NCBI GenBank assembly: GCA_052386995.1
Contig: JBQTJP010000199.1
Span: forward strand, 1-15,701
Direction of reading: 5' to 3'
Source: Armatimonadota bacterium
GTDB lineage: Bacteria; Sysuimicrobiota; Sysuimicrobiia; Sysuimicrobiales; Humicultoraceae
Length of the DNA: 15,701 nucleotides
Shown here: positions 14,249-15,701 of the stretch, one piece after another
Position numbering within the stretch: position 1 is the first letter of the stretch
Layout of the letters: each line of letters starts with the position of its first letter
The notes under the pieces: generated by a model
Told to the model about the DNA's origin: nothing
The model's database searches: none
Seen by the model: the letters and a program-made list of their open reading frames with translations, nothing else
Translations under genes and position numbers: made by a program

Positions 14249-15457
14249 CTACCTCGTGGCGGGAGTCACGAGATCGGGCAGGACGCTGCGTCCCAAGGAC
14301 CTGGCAAAGATCCCTGCGAGGATGCGGTTTCCCTCCGCATTGAAGTGGATGGTGTCATAGGGAAAGTACTTCACGTCGCGCGGGAACTCGGCCGCGGCAT
14401 CGACGAACGGGAGGCCGTGCTCCTGGGCAAGTTCTCGAGCCACGCGATTGTAATGAGCGTGGGCGCGTTCCAGCTCCCCCGGGGTGAACGGATATCGCTT
14501 ACGGTAGAGGTGGTCGAAGAGCAGGGCGTTGTCTTCTCGATCCACGACAAGCCCTTCATGAGCGACCGTGACGAAGGACGAGAGGACGACGCGCGAGCGA
14601 CGGGCGAGGGTTTCGCGGACGATCTGCCGCAGCATCTTGCGGTAATGCACGGCGCCCGGCTTGGGCGTGGTCTCATCGAATCGGTGCCAGAGCGGGCGTG
14701 CCGGCAGGTCTGGGCGCCCGGTGTGCGCCGCAACGCGACGGACGACCATGCTTCGCTGATGGAGAGCGGCGACTGCGCCCTGGTAGCCCTTTTGCAGGCA
14801 GGTGCGAGGCTCGCACGAGCGGTCGATCCGGCTGAACTCATGAAACCTGATGTCGTTGACGGCTTCGTAGAAGATGACGAGGTCGGGGTCCAACGGGAGA
14901 ACCCGCAGTCTGAGAATGTCTAGCAGGTCCGCGATCTGCTGGCCGTGATGGCCCGCGTTGAGCACCTCAATGCGCCTTCCCGGAAACATGCGGTTGAGCT
15001 CTTGCTGGAGGAAGTGTGGATAGGTCTCCAGGTCGCCGTGGCTGCCTTCGGTCGTGCTCGCCCCCAGGCACACGATGCGAATGAGGCCGGCCGGTTTCCG
15101 GCTCTCGAACTCCGGCCCGCGAAATCCCCAGGAGTTCGTTGATCGATACACTGGCTCGCCCGGCTCCGCGGGGTCCAGATGTCCACCGCGAACCGCCATC
15201 CTGAGATTGGGTTTGAACAGGTAGCGCGGGGTGGGTGTGTCCGCGTCGAAGAGCTCGAGCGGAATCGGCCAGTTCTCGAAATAGGATCGCCTCTGCTCAT
15301 AGAATTTCCGATTGTAGACCTTGAGGCGATCGAGCTCATAAAAGTACGGATGGGGCCGCGTCTTGCGAATGTACACCTCGATGCCGGCCAGGCCGATGGT
15401 CAGGATGACCAGCCAGGCGCCGGCGATCTTCGCGGCGCGTGCGAGCCCGGCCCGCAC
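14249..15457 (-). CDS. Membrane-anchored SGNH/GDSL hydrolase-family protein
   Basis: N-terminal TM (AWLVILTIGLAGIEVYIR), NSWGFRG, block I CLGASTTEG, block II VLNAGHHG, block III YEAVND and block V DTIHF. Start trimmed to GTG 15457 (uncertain) because the longer ORF overlaps the upstream gene. Confidence 0.85.
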   Translation of the reverse strand: MRAGLARAAKIAGAWLVILTIGLAGIEVYIRKTRPHPYFYELDRLKVYNRKFYEQRRSYFENWPIPLELFDADTPTPRYLFKPNLRMAVRGGHLDPAEPGEPVYRSTNSWGFRGPEFESRKPAGLIRIVCLGASTTEGSHGDLETYPHFLQQELNRMFPGRRIEVLNAGHHGQQIADLLDILRLRVLPLDPDLVIFYEAVNDIRFHEFSRIDRSCEPRTCLQKGYQGAVAALHQRSMVVRRVAAHTGRPDLPARPLWHRFDETTPKPGAVHYRKMLRQIVRETLARRSRVVLSSFVTVAHEGLVVDREDNALLFDHLYRKRYPFTPGELERAHAHYNRVARELAQEHGLPFVDAAAEFPRDVKYFPYDTIHFNAEGNRILAGIFARSLGRSVLPDLVTPATR

Positions 15458-15492
15458 CGTCGGGCGGCGCCTCGGCGGCGCGCCCTCGCCCG

Positions 15493-15701
15493 CTACGAGC
15501 TCTTCCTGACGAGGAACGGGCCCAGACACAGGAGATCGATCTCGCTGTTCATGAAGGTGTCGTAGGCGTTCTGGGGCGTGGTGACGATCGGCTCGCTGCG
15601 GAGATTGAAGCTCGTGTTTAACAGAACTGGCACGCCGGTGGCCTGACCGAAACGCCGTACGACTTCGTAGTAGATGGGATTCCACTCGCGTTGCACGGTC
15701 T
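15493..15701 (-). CDS. Carbamoyltransferase (NodU/CmcH family), C-terminal fragment truncated by the window edge
   Basis: TVQREWNP.YY.....F...TGVPVLLNTSFNLRSEPIV.TP..A...F....ID.L.LG.FLV, the conserved C-terminus of the family. Confidence 0.9.
   Translation of the reverse strand, partial: TVQREWNPIYYEVVRRFGQATGVPVLLNTSFNLRSEPIVTTPQNAYDTFMNSEIDLLCLGPFLVRKSS

Noticed and set aside
15458..15685. N-terminal extension of the SGNH ORF
   Set aside because: Mostly overlaps the carbamoyltransferase coding sequence in another frame; the TM anchor begins shortly after GTG 15457.
1..15701. tRNA, rRNA, transposase, integrase or defence genes
   Set aside because: None recognised; all long coding space is accounted for by the listed genes.

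Overview
GC-rich bacterial chromosomal segment with Terrabacteria-type gene content (lineage not determinable from sequence alone). Most of the window is a minus-strand housekeeping/cell-envelope cluster: rplM-rpsI-argF-cdaA-cdaR(short)-glmM-tagA/wecG-like-[glmS ribozyme]-glmS-Trm112-like-acpS-nnr-alr-pheA, with several overlapping stop/start codons. Divergent from rplM are two minor type IV (pseudo)pilin genes (PilW/PulJ-like and PilX/GspK-like). They converge on a membrane-anchored SGNH hydrolase and the 3' end of a NodU/CmcH-type carbamoyltransferase. The most notable unexplained signal is in the acpS-nnr gap: a ~170-nt, extensively paired plus-strand RNA candidate (14-bp closing stem, loop-E motif, GUAA tetraloop, six G-U pairs all favouring the + strand). 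It has its own sigma70-like promoter and a cluster of four DnaA-box-like repeats just upstream. Other leads are a start-less Shine-Dalgarno 5' of the ribozyme cleavage site, a recurring sigmaH-like motif, a nearly leaderless rplM, 16-bp-periodic repeats and a second long stem-loop after rpsI. All folds and motifs were identified by eye; no searches were run.
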